64,000 bases of DNA from an uncultured Pseudomonadota bacterium (GTDB taxonomy: Bacteria > Pseudomonadota > Alphaproteobacteria > JACZXZ01): NCBI GenBank assembly GCA_963749075.1, contig CAVVLJ010000016.1, forward strand, positions 1,184,001 to 1,248,000, read 5' to 3'. The notes below the pieces were generated by a model. That model was given only the letters and a program-made list of their open reading frames with translations. It did no database searches and was not told the DNA's origin. Within the stretch, counting starts at the first letter, position 1. Each line of letters begins with the position of its first letter. Below, piece after piece: positions 19,674 through 28,344 of the stretch. The translations under genes were made by a program, and so were the position numbers.

Positions 19674-19749
19674 AGGGTTAGATGGCGACGGCCAATTCGT
19701 AATGACAATGGCGTTACGTTGCGCTATGGTGTCTTTCGTGGAGGTTCGC

Positions 19750-20031
19750 ATGCCAAATTCAACGCCGACCGCACGCCGCGACACTCTTAATCTCCGCATC
19801 AAGCCGGATGATCGAGGGCTGATCGACCGCGCCGCGCAGCTCACCGGCAAGACCAAGACCGACTTCGTGCTCGAAGCCGCGCGCCGCGCGGCCGAGGACG
19901 CGCTCTTGGACCGCACGCTGTTTGTCGTCGGTCCCGAAGCCTTCGACGCCTTCCGCGCGCGCCTCGACGAGCCGCCGCATCCAAATGACAAGCTGCGGCG
20001 TGCGCTCGAGACCGCCCCGCCCTGGCAGTAG
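19750..20031 (+). CDS. DUF1778 (TacA-like) RHH antitoxin
   Basis: LNLRI...IDRAA...TDFVLEAARRAAEDALLD...LDEPP; directly upstream of a GNAT toxin. Confidence 0.93.
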   Translation: MPNSTPTARRDTLNLRIKPDDRGLIDRAAQLTGKTKTDFVLEAARRAAEDALLDRTLFVVGPEAFDAFRARLDEPPHPNDKLRRALETAPPWQ

Positions 20032-20033
20032 GC

Positions 20034-20540
20034 GTGCCGCTCTCCGCACCCGAGCCCCTTGCCGACGCGCACGAGCTGGCCGAATTCTCCTCCGGGGTTC
20101 CTTCGCTCGACGACTGGCTGAAGCGCCGGGCGCGCGGCAACCAGGCGAGCGGCGCGACCCGCACTTTCGTTGTCGCGGAGGCCCGCCGCGTCATCGCCTA
20201 TTACGGTATCGCGTCGGGCGCGATCAGCCTCGGAGGCGCGCACGGCCGATTCCGGCGCAATATGCCTGACCCTATCCCGGTTGCCGTGCTCGGCCGTCTC
20301 GCGGTAGATTGCGCCTGGCAGGGCCGTGGATTGGGACGAGCCCTGTTTCGCGACTGCGCCGGGCGAATCACCCACGCTGCCGACAGCATCGGCATTCGGG
20401 GCATCGTCCTTCATGCCATCTCGGAGCAAGCCAAAGCCTACTATCTCGCCCTCGGCTTCGAGCCGTCGCCGCTCGATCCCATGACGCTGATGGTCACGCT
20501 CAGCGACGTGCAGGCGATACTTGGAGCGCCGGCAGCATGA
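20034..20540 (+). CDS. GNAT acetyltransferase toxin (TacT/AtaT-like)
   Basis: FSSGVPSLDDWL, RRNMPDPIP, LGRLAVD, QGRGLG, VLHA. Confidence 0.93.
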   Translation: MPLSAPEPLADAHELAEFSSGVPSLDDWLKRRARGNQASGATRTFVVAEARRVIAYYGIASGAISLGGAHGRFRRNMPDPIPVAVLGRLAVDCAWQGRGLGRALFRDCAGRITHAADSIGIRGIVLHAISEQAKAYYLALGFEPSPLDPMTLMVTLSDVQAILGAPAA

Positions 20541-21319
20541 GCAGGCAGAAGAAAAGGCAATCGAGACCGGCGTTACGATCCGCGTCCGACTTCGATCGGC
20601 AGGATCGCCGCCAAATGGAATGCGAATATTTTAATTCGTTCCGGTATTTCGAACCTGAGATTCAGTCAAGCACCATCACACATGCTGACAGTCCCGACTT
20701 TCGGGTGAATGTCAGCGACCGGGTTGTCGGCGTGGAGGTGACGCGGCTCTTCAAGCCAGAGGGGCGACAGGACATTGAGAGCACGCAGGAACGGATATTT
20801 GAAGAGGCGTGCCGGAACGCCCAGGAACAGAAACTGCCGCCGGCTCACGTCACTCTGTACTTCAATCTTCGAGGAGCACTCGGCAGTGCGGCCCGAAGCC
20901 GGATCGCCCGCGCCGTCGTCCGTGTGGTGACTGAGCAGATGCCAGGCGACGGAGAATCGGTCCAACTTGAAGGGGCACCAGCTCAGCCTCGTGAGGTGGA
21001 CCTGATCACGGTCAATCGGATGCACTGCCGCGCGCCCGGACGTTGGACGTGGATCGAAACCACCACGATCAAGGGGGACGCCGTCCGCGTGATCCAGGAA
21101 GCAATTGTTAGGAAGGCTGAGAATCTATCAACTTACCTTGAGCGCTGCAGCGAGTGCTGGCTGCTCCTCGTCGCGGACTTTTTCAGGACATCGGGCAACC
21201 TAGCATTCGACGACGGTTGTCAATCGCACGTTTTCGTGTCGCCGTTCGCCCGCACATACGTCCTGGACTTCGGGAGAGGCCGACTCTACCCGCTTCGGAC
21301 ATCGGGGACACACGAATGA
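20537..21319 (+). CDS. Hypothetical protein with PD-(D/E)xK-like nuclease motif
   Basis: DSPDF...VGVEVT and late K...Y...CWLLLV pattern; ATGA overlap with the toxin stop. Confidence 0.6.
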   Translation: MSRQKKRQSRPALRSASDFDRQDRRQMECEYFNSFRYFEPEIQSSTITHADSPDFRVNVSDRVVGVEVTRLFKPEGRQDIESTQERIFEEACRNAQEQKLPPAHVTLYFNLRGALGSAARSRIARAVVRVVTEQMPGDGESVQLEGAPAQPREVDLITVNRMHCRAPGRWTWIETTTIKGDAVRVIQEAIVRKAENLSTYLERCSECWLLLVADFFRTSGNLAFDDGCQSHVFVSPFARTYVLDFGRGRLYPLRTSGTHE

Positions 21320-21410
21320 CAACGCAGTCACGGCGGGTGATCGCGGCGGTAACCCCCAATGGTTAGTGATGAGAATTCGGACTTGCCACACTCGTAATCT
21401 GGACACCGTC

Positions 21411-21722
21411 ATGAGCGAGCGATCCTTCCGCGCCGGCCACCTCATCCGTAGAGCCATCAGGTGGCTTGTCGGCTTTGTCCTCTTCTCGGCGCTCATCATG
21501 GGTGCGTTCTACGGTCTCATCGCCGCTGAGGCCCCATGGTGGTCTTGGGTGTGCATCGCCTTCCTCGCCTTCTCCGTCGTGCGCTTGATCCCCGGGCGCA
21601 TCCGCAATGGCTACTGGGGAGCTTCGCCGAGTACCTCAGCCTGGGAGCAGATCAAGGCGGAAGAGGAGGCCACCCGCCGAAGTGATCGGCGCCGCCGTCG
21701 AGGCGGACAGGAGAGGGGTTAA
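21411..21722 (+). CDS. Small membrane protein
   Basis: Two hydrophobic helices and a basic tail; start uncertain. Confidence 0.55.
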   Translation: MSERSFRAGHLIRRAIRWLVGFVLFSALIMGAFYGLIAAEAPWWSWVCIAFLAFSVVRLIPGRIRNGYWGASPSTSAWEQIKAEEEATRRSDRRRRRGGQERG

Positions 21723-21725
21723 CCG

Positions 21726-22031
21726 GTGAAATTTCTTCTGAGATGGGCGTGGCCGTTCTTAGCTTTTTGCGTGCTATTCGATGCTTATTCATTTCAGCTT
21801 TTTTTCAACAGCTTGAGCAAGGTTGGGTTCGTTGGAAATATCCTCTTTTCTCTCGGCATCCTAATTGGCGACCTCCCGGCAATAATCATCATCGGGATCG
21901 TCGTGGCTGGCGTCTTTCGGATTGCTGATGGAAAGCCGATCACCGCGCGATCCGTCGCCGTCTCTTTTGGCGTTGGGTGTATTGCGACCGCGACCATTGT
22001 TCGGCCGCTGCTGCTCTATCTTTGGACCTAA
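21726..22031 (+). CDS. Small membrane protein
   Basis: Three hydrophobic helices, lower GC, 3 bp after the previous stop. Confidence 0.55.
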   Translation: MKFLLRWAWPFLAFCVLFDAYSFQLFFNSLSKVGFVGNILFSLGILIGDLPAIIIIGIVVAGVFRIADGKPITARSVAVSFGVGCIATATIVRPLLLYLWT

Positions 22032-22914
22032 ATTCAAACCGAGACTAGTGCGCCAGGAAGCTGGCGTGATCCAGCCGCTGAAAGTCCGGCCCAGGTAAGG
22101 GGTATCCAAGCTGGAAGACCGTTTGTGATCATTTCCGTCCGCCATTCCGGGCAACGCTGTACACCTACCAAAATTCGAAAAGGAGCTCCATGTCAATGCG
22201 CATCTTTGCGGTCGGCGGTATAGGAGCGAATGCTCGGACAGCCTCGGGAAAAGCCAGATTAGTTGATTGACGCAGTTCCCGAGAGATACTTCCATAGAGG
22301 GCTACCGGAACCTGTCACATTTGCGCTCGACACTATCTCGCCCTGAAGGATCAGCGATCACGCAGGGCCATTTTCGACGCCGGCGTCTTGCGCAAGCGCC
22401 CATCGAAAACCACGTTGTCCACCCAACAAGCACGCCCTTTTCGGTCACATTCGAACAAGAGATGTGATCGGTATCGACGCGGTTCGCGAGGCCGAACGCC
22501 CGATGTATTGTCCTTCGAATGGCACTGAATGTGTGCCGATCCGGCAATCGGATTACACCGCTTTTGAAGTTCCATCCGCCAGCATTTGGCAAATGAATCA
22601 CCGGTTCCGGCAGACGGGACATGGCAGACGTCGTGCGCCATCAGCCCTTCTGTTTGTTCTTGCTTATCGTAGTAGAGGATAGTACAGCGTACGAACGTCG
22701 AAGAAGAAAATGAGAGCAAGATAAAGCGAACTGCGTTCGCGGCACTCTTCGAGTGTTAAGTACTTGTCTGCACACTGGTTTTTGACCCTCCTGCTGGAGC
22801 CATCAGGCCGCGGCATGGAGGCAGCGTTTCGGTAAGTTGCTGATATAGCGCCATCTTCAAGGTGTTATGCGGGAGGCTCTTGCAGGGCCGCTGTCGCGAA
22901 TGAATACTTACCAC

Positions 22915-24987
22915 ATGTCCCGCGACGACCACATGAGTTTCGAGCCTCGCCTGGGCCGTATCCGCGCCCGAGGAGAGCGTGGAGTGCGCCTGCGATCGAC
23001 CTACCTTCACCAAGTCATGCGCGCCGTCGCCCGCAACGGTGGCGATCCGCGCCGCATCGGGAGGCCGGCAGCCGGGCCCGGCGGGCAACCGAGAACCGGG
23101 CGCTTCAACGCGCGCGGCCGGGGGGCCAAGGTGGTCGCGTCGTTCCCGCGCGAGAGCGGATGGCGCTTCAACCCCGACACCCGAATGCGCTTCCGCGCGC
23201 GCCGCGTCATCGTCAAGGCGCGGGTGGTCAAGATGCGGGGCAGCGGGAGCAAGGCCGCCTATGCCCATCTCCGCTATCTGCAACGCGACGGCGCGACCTT
23301 GGACGGCGAGCGCGGGCGGCTCTATGCCGCGCGCGAGAACGAGGTGGACGGATCTCGGTTCCTCGACCGGGGCCAGGACGACCGCCACCAGTTCCGGCTC
23401 ATCGTGGCGCCCGAGGACGGTCCCGAGCTCGGCGATCTGCGCGACTTCACCCGCCGGCTCATGGCGCAGATGGAGCGCGACCTGGAAACGCAGCTCGATT
23501 GGGTCGCTGTCGATCACCACAACACCGGCCATCCGCACAGCCACGTCGTCATCCGGGGCATCACCGACGACGGGAAGATTCTCAACATCGCCGGCGACTA
23601 CATCGCCCATGGCATCCGCCACCGGGCCAGCGAGATCGTCACTCTCGAGCTCGGGCCGCAGACCGAATGGGAGGTGCAGCAGAAGCTCGGCCGAGAGATG
23701 GAGCAGGACCGCTTCACCCGGCTCGACCGCGCCATCCTCGAGGAAGTCAACGAGCAGGGCCTCGTGGACCTCCGCATGGGCGAGGAGCAATCCTATCTCG
23801 GCCGCGTCAACCGCTACCTCCTGATCGAGCGCCTCAAGAAGCTCGAACGGATGGGCCTCGCCCGCGAGGAAGAATCGGCCCGCTGGTCGCTGTCATCCGG
23901 CGTCGAAAAGACGCTGCGCGAATTGGGCGAGCGCGGCGACATCATCAAGACCATGCACCGCGCCCTCACCGAGCAGGGCATCGCCCATGCGGCCAACGAC
24001 TACACGATCCACCGCGGCCGGCTGGCGCATGGACCGATCATCGGCCGCCTGGTCGAGAAGGGGCTGCCGGGCGACCAGCTCGGGGACCGGATGCATCTCG
24101 TCATCGACGGCATCGACGGGCGGGCGCATTACGTCGAGATCTCCGATGCCGCCCAGACCGACGAGGCGCGGGTCGGCAGCATCGTCGAGGTTGGCCGGGC
24201 CAAGACCGAGCTTCGCCCCGCCGACCGGAACATCCTCGCCCACACCAGGCAGGAGGACCGCCTGTACCGGCCGAGCCAGCATCTCGCCAGCCTCCGAGAC
24301 AATCGCCTTCTCCCGGAAGGCAACGAGGCAGGGTATGTCGAGGCCCATGTACGCCGCTTGGAGGCGCTGCGCCGGGCGGGGATCGTCGAGCGCGTCGATG
24401 CGGACCATTGGCGCATTCCCGAGGACTATGCCCAGCGGGCGCAGGACTACGACGCCAAGCGCAGCCGACAGCTCGCCGTTCGCGTGCTGTCCATCATCGA
24501 CCTCGAGGCGCAGGTGACGGCGAACGCCGCGACCTGGCTCGACCGCGACCTGATCGCCGAGACGCCCGCGCCGACGCGCGATGGCGGCTTCGGTCGCGAA
24601 GTTCGCGATGCGCTGGCGCGCCGCCGGCAATGGCTTGTCGAGCAGGGCCTCGCAAGGACGGACGCAGACACGATCATCTATCAGCGCGGCATGCTCGCGA
24701 CGTTGACGCGGCGTGAGTTGCAGCAGGAGGGTGAAAAGCTGGGACGGGAACGCGGCCTGTCGTTCTACATGCCGATGAGCGGAGAACGCATCAGTGGGAC
24801 CTATCGTGGCACCGTGCAGCTCGTCAGCGGGAAGTACGCTTTCGTGGAGAACTCGCGCCAGTTTACGCTGGTCCCATGGCGGCCGGTGATCGAGAAGGAG
24901 CTGGGCCGCACCGTCTCCGGTCTCATACAAGGCGGTGGCATCTCGTGGGAGTTCGGCCGCAAGCGCGGGCTCGGCATCGGTATGTAG
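22915..24987 (+). CDS. Relaxase, RlxS/VirD2-like with DUF3363 C-terminus
   Basis: RRVIVKAR, HLRYLQRDG, FRLIVAPED, HUH motif HHNTGHPHSH, HVRRLEALRRAG, ATWLDR, FTLVPWRP. Confidence 0.93.
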   Translation: MSRDDHMSFEPRLGRIRARGERGVRLRSTYLHQVMRAVARNGGDPRRIGRPAAGPGGQPRTGRFNARGRGAKVVASFPRESGWRFNPDTRMRFRARRVIVKARVVKMRGSGSKAAYAHLRYLQRDGATLDGERGRLYAARENEVDGSRFLDRGQDDRHQFRLIVAPEDGPELGDLRDFTRRLMAQMERDLETQLDWVAVDHHNTGHPHSHVVIRGITDDGKILNIAGDYIAHGIRHRASEIVTLELGPQTEWEVQQKLGREMEQDRFTRLDRAILEEVNEQGLVDLRMGEEQSYLGRVNRYLLIERLKKLERMGLAREEESARWSLSSGVEKTLRELGERGDIIKTMHRALTEQGIAHAANDYTIHRGRLAHGPIIGRLVEKGLPGDQLGDRMHLVIDGIDGRAHYVEISDAAQTDEARVGSIVEVGRAKTELRPADRNILAHTRQEDRLYRPSQHLASLRDNRLLPEGNEAGYVEAHVRRLEALRRAGIVERVDADHWRIPEDYAQRAQDYDAKRSRQLAVRVLSIIDLEAQVTANAATWLDRDLIAETPAPTRDGGFGREVRDALARRRQWLVEQGLARTDADTIIYQRGMLATLTRRELQQEGEKLGRERGLSFYMPMSGERISGTYRGTVQLVSGKYAFVENSRQFTLVPWRPVIEKELGRTVSGLIQGGGISWEFGRKRGLGIGM

Positions 24988-25039
24988 GTTGAGCACCGCA
25001 AGGCGGCGCCGGATTGTCATTGGTGCTTGGCGGCAAGCG

Positions 25040-25180
25040 TGCCGGGCCGCGTCGGGCTGTCAAGGCTGGTGCGCAGCACCACCGCGCTCCGCGCGGCTGC
25101 CGGCCTTGACAGCCCGCCTCATGCGGCCCGGCAGAAGCTCGCCAAGCACCAAGGGCAAGATGGGAGCCGGGCTCCCATCT
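25040..25180. repeat. Large nested inverted repeat plus downstream hairpin
   Basis: 25040-25050 pairs with 25123-25133; 25053-25066 pairs with 25103-25116; AGATGGGAGC/GCTCCCATCT at 25158-25180. Confidence 0.8.
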
Positions 25181-25693
25181 CTACAAGACGGCGACGTCTC
25201 TTTCGGATGCAGAGTTCCGCCGAAGGAGGTAAACGCCTGCCCATGGCTACGAAGCGCAATGTGCTCGTCTACGAGATTCACGGGGCCGAGATTGTTGTGC
25301 TGTGCGTCTGACATGGACGGCACCAGCGCCCGGGCATCCGATCGAGGCTTGCGCGGCGTTTACGACGGCGCACAGCCCACCGAGAGCGGGACGATTCTAC
25401 CGCGCCTAAAGCCCTCCGGGATACGCGGGCCTGCGCTTCAACGGCCTTTGTTTACGCTCCACCATCCTTAACCTGACGTACGCGGGTGCTCGCCATTGAC
25501 GGTGCGCGATGCGAGGGCCAATTCTGATACTGGACGGGGATTTTCTTGGAGGAGTACGGCCGTGACTGCCGACGACGATATCCTGGCTGGCGATCCGCGA
25601 CGAGATCGGCAATTCGGCGCCGCCGATGCGTCAAGGCAAAACGATGCCCGTGGCAGCCCGCAGAGGCCTCGGGAACGACATCCAACAGACGCG

Positions 25694-25900
25694 ATGAGCA
25701 CCGCCATCCCTTTCGCTCAACGGCTCTCCTGCACCGTCGCGGAGGCGTGCGAGGCCACAGGCTTGGGACGAACCAAGCTTTACGAGCTGATCGGTGGCGG
25801 CTACCTCGACACGACGACGATCGGACGGCGACGGCTCGTGCTGGTTAGCTCGCTTTTGTCGCTCATTGTGTCGCCGAGCCAATCCGCCGCAAGCAGATAG
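25694..25900 (+). CDS. Excisionase-like HTH protein
   Basis: CTVAEACEATGLGRTKLYELI...IGRRRLV. Confidence 0.88.
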   Translation: MSTAIPFAQRLSCTVAEACEATGLGRTKLYELIGGGYLDTTTIGRRRLVLVSSLLSLIVSPSQSAASR

Positions 25901-25907
25901 AAACCGT

Positions 25908-26273
25908 CTATCCCACGATAGAAAGGTCCATTTGAACTTCGCGCACCAGCACCTCGGGAGCGACAGAGCCGCGCTTGCCGGGAACGAGCTTCACCAAGCC
26001 GTACTGGCTCATGGTCTTAAGGGTGCGCGATAAATTACTGACCTTCCGGCCGGTCAATAGCTCCAACTCGGCAAGGGAAGACGGGTGCCGCTCGTCAATG
26101 ATCCGGAGCAGCTGCCGGTTAGACTCCGACAATACCTTTGCCAGCGATTCCAGCGACGTGAACCAGATCTTCGGCTCGTTCGGCCTGCGGCGGCGCTCCC
26201 CGCGCGCGATCTCAAGGGCGCGCTCACGGAGCTCATGATGGGTGGCGATGCCGACCTTGGTTTTCTCAGCCAT
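25908..26273 (-). CDS. HTH DNA-binding protein, putative antitoxin (HVO_A0114-like)
   Basis: WFTSLESLAKVLS, PSSLAEL, GRKVSNLSRTLKTM. Confidence 0.85.
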   Translation of the reverse strand: MAEKTKVGIATHHELRERALEIARGERRRRPNEPKIWFTSLESLAKVLSESNRQLLRIIDERHPSSLAELELLTGRKVSNLSRTLKTMSQYGLVKLVPGKRGSVAPEVLVREVQMDLSIVG

Positions 26274-26631
26274 CGTTCCGCTCCTTCAGGACGCGCAGGA
26301 TTTCATCGAAGAAATCGGCAATCAACTTCTCGGCGCTGACGAACCGATAGGGCCGGCCCTCGTCGGTTTCGTCACGGTGCCAATGATCGAAGGCCGCCTG
26401 CCGCCTGACGAACCCGCCCCCGCGGCGAGCGACCCCGTGCGCATTGTCGTAGCCCATCAGCCGCCGACCATCCGCGGCATGGAAGGTCAGCGAATACGAC
26501 ACGCCGTGAGGCTTCTCCGACGTCGGCGCGACCCTTTTGACCTTGAACCGTGCGACGTATCCCCCCTCGTAAATGATCTCTTCGCCGTCAAGGTCGAGCA
26601 GGTAGGCAAGGGTCGGATCGCCGCTGGCCAT
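26266..26631 (-). CDS. DUF6516/TumE-like putative toxin
   Basis: LLDLDGE, PHGVSYSLT, GYDNAH, DHWH; overlaps the HTH gene. Confidence 0.82.
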   Translation of the reverse strand: MASGDPTLAYLLDLDGEEIIYEGGYVARFKVKRVAPTSEKPHGVSYSLTFHAADGRRLMGYDNAHGVARRGGGFVRRQAAFDHWHRDETDEGRPYRFVSAEKLIADFFDEILRVLKERNDG

Positions 26632-26640
26632 TCCTACCCA

Positions 26641-26655
26641 TATCAGTTAGTGATA
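26641..26655. promoter_or_regulatory. Putative TA operator palindrome
   Basis: TATCA-GTTAG-TGATA just upstream of the toxin start. Confidence 0.5.
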
Positions 26656-26833
26656 GGACTTGGCAATTGCAATCCGGGCCAACGGCAGGCGATCAGTCGG
26701 CTCTTGCGTTCGCCGTCATGGGCGTTCAGTCGCCACAATCCGGCTCACCGACGCGGGTATCGCTGCGGGCAAGGCAACGGATGAATCTCGTAACTATTTG
26801 ATCTAATGCGCCTATTCGTCCTGAAATCGCAGA

Positions 26834-26847
26834 CACCCCATCCGCCA
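26834..26847 (+). repeat. attR: copy of the tRNA-Ser 3' end
   Basis: CACCCCATCCGCCA identical to 15306-15319. Confidence 0.88.
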
Positions 26848-26868
26848 CTTCAGAATAGAACTGCGAAC

Positions 26869-27246
26869 TCAGCCCGCCTTCCGCGACCACGTGAGCGGCA
26901 GGTCGAGTTCCACCCGGTCATGCGTCACCTTCGGCGTGATCCGCCCGCGCTCGCCGCGTTCCAGGCGGACCAAGCCGTAACCCGCCATCGTCTTCAACGT
27001 GCGCGACAGGTTGGACTTCGCCTTGCCGGTGATCCGCGCCAGTTCGTCGAGCGATCCGGGCGCCTCTTCCACGATCACCCGCAATAGGTCGCGGTTGCCG
27101 GCCGACAGGACCTTGGCGAAGGACTCGGTCGAGGTGAACCACACCTTCGGCTCGTCGGGCACGATGCGGTGCTCGCCGCGCGCCACCGCCATGGTGCGGG
27201 CCTTCATGTCCTCATAGCTGGCGATGCCCACCTTCAGGGTCGTCAT
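26869..27246 (-). CDS. HTH DNA-binding protein, putative antitoxin (paralog of 25908-26273)
   Basis: WFTSTESFAKVLS, GKAKSNLSRTLKTM. Confidence 0.85.
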   Translation of the reverse strand: MTTLKVGIASYEDMKARTMAVARGEHRIVPDEPKVWFTSTESFAKVLSAGNRDLLRVIVEEAPGSLDELARITGKAKSNLSRTLKTMAGYGLVRLERGERGRITPKVTHDRVELDLPLTWSRKAG

Positions 27247-27601
27247 GGGATCACTCCTCTCTCGCGCAGCACCGTGTCCACGGTGGTCCAGAAATCGCCG
27301 AGCAGCGTCGCCGCGTCCCGGTAGTCGTACGCCTTGATCGTCCGCAGCCGGTGGCGATGGTCCTGTGGCTCGCCGCGCTTCTGCTTCGCCACCGGATGCG
27401 CGTTGTCGAAACCGACCAGCCGCTCTCCGTCCGGGCCCCGTGCAGCGTCAGCGAGTAATCCAGCCCGTGCGGCTTCTCCGGCGACGTGGGCACCCGCGTG
27501 ACCACGAACCGAACCCAGTGCCCACCCTCCGGGTCCACCACGAGAACCTGCCCGTCGAGGTCGAGCAGCACATCGAGGGTCGGGTCGCGAGGCTCGGTCA
27601 C
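27243..27601 (-). CDS. DUF6516/TumE-like putative toxin (frameshift in GGGGCCC run at ~27437)
   Basis: LLDLDGQ, PHGLDYSLTLHG, then GFDNAH and DHRH in another frame whose stop overlaps the antitoxin ATG. Confidence 0.75.
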
Positions 27602-27644
27602 GACAAAAAGTTATCAGACTAAAGCAACCAAGTCCAGGGAATTG

Positions 27645-28138
27645 GCCCGAGCGAGTTGACGAGCAGCCCCAGATAGCTCGGGTGGCGGATCACGCCATAG
27701 ACGCCGCTCGTGACCAGTCTGTGCCCGGATTGAATGGCGACCAGCCCGCTGAAGCGACGGCCGAGCACAAAGACCGGCCAGAGCCGCGCCGCACCGCCGG
27801 CAGCGAAGAGCACGACGCCGAGCCAGCGAATGGTATCGCCGTCGATGGTCAAGAACTCCTTGCGGTCCGCGTAGGCCGGCAGATAGGCGTCCAAGAGCCC
27901 GATCAGCCCAAGGGCTGCGATGACCCAGCGGTTGCCGCGATCCTCGCGCACGCCAGGACTTCAGATTTCCGCCGGCGAACAGCGCTACGCCGGCCATGAC
28001 GGCCAGCGCCAGCGCGAGTGCGATGAGCGCCGGGTGGGAGAAGAAGGCGGCAAACCCGTTCCAGCCGACGACGGCCAGCCCGCCATAGGCAGCGGTGCCC
28101 GCAACGACGAGTGCCGGTCTGACGGTTGGGATCGCCAT
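27645..28138 (-). pseudogene. Isoprenylcysteine carboxyl methyltransferase family gene, 3'-truncated
   Basis: LGRRFS...HRLVTSGVYGVIRHPSYLG motif; sequence diverges right after LLVNSLG and lacks the usual C-terminal part; also a frameshift at 27957-27962. Confidence 0.7.
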
Positions 28139-28344
28139 CGCGCCCGCCTGCCCCGCTCTCGATCATGCCGCTCGCGGATGTTGCCTGCCCTATGGGGCAC
28201 TCGCGAGCTGTCGGCGCAGCCAGGGGAGGATCGGGGCCGGATTGCAGATTAAATCCTGTTCGTTTGAAATGTTCGCACTTTTCATCCTCATCCGGCGCTG
28301 ACCCCATCGATCGCAATCTCGAGCTCTTCGCGCTCGCGGCAATC

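Larger units (their letters stand above)
15306..26847. mobile_element. Integrative mobilizable element / genomic island in tRNA-Ser
   Basis: Direct repeat CACCCCATCCGCCA at 15306-15319 and 26834-26847; integrase next to the tRNA, relaxase, excisionase, lower-GC cargo; no T4SS genes. Confidence 0.9.

Noticed and set aside
21382-21416. Possible third AGGACA-type site (TGGACACCGTCAT resembles AGGACACCATCAT)
   Set aside because: No GATAA left arm and the core differs; it overlaps a start codon and may be chance.
25243-25311. Short ORF MATKRNVLVYEIHGAEIVVLCV with an AAGGAGGT upstream, resembling a RelE-type C-terminus
   Set aside because: Only 22 aa with long RBS spacing; cannot be distinguished from a remnant or noise.
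28301-28308. ACCCCATC as a second, older attR
   Set aside because: Only 8 bp match the att core, which is expected by chance.
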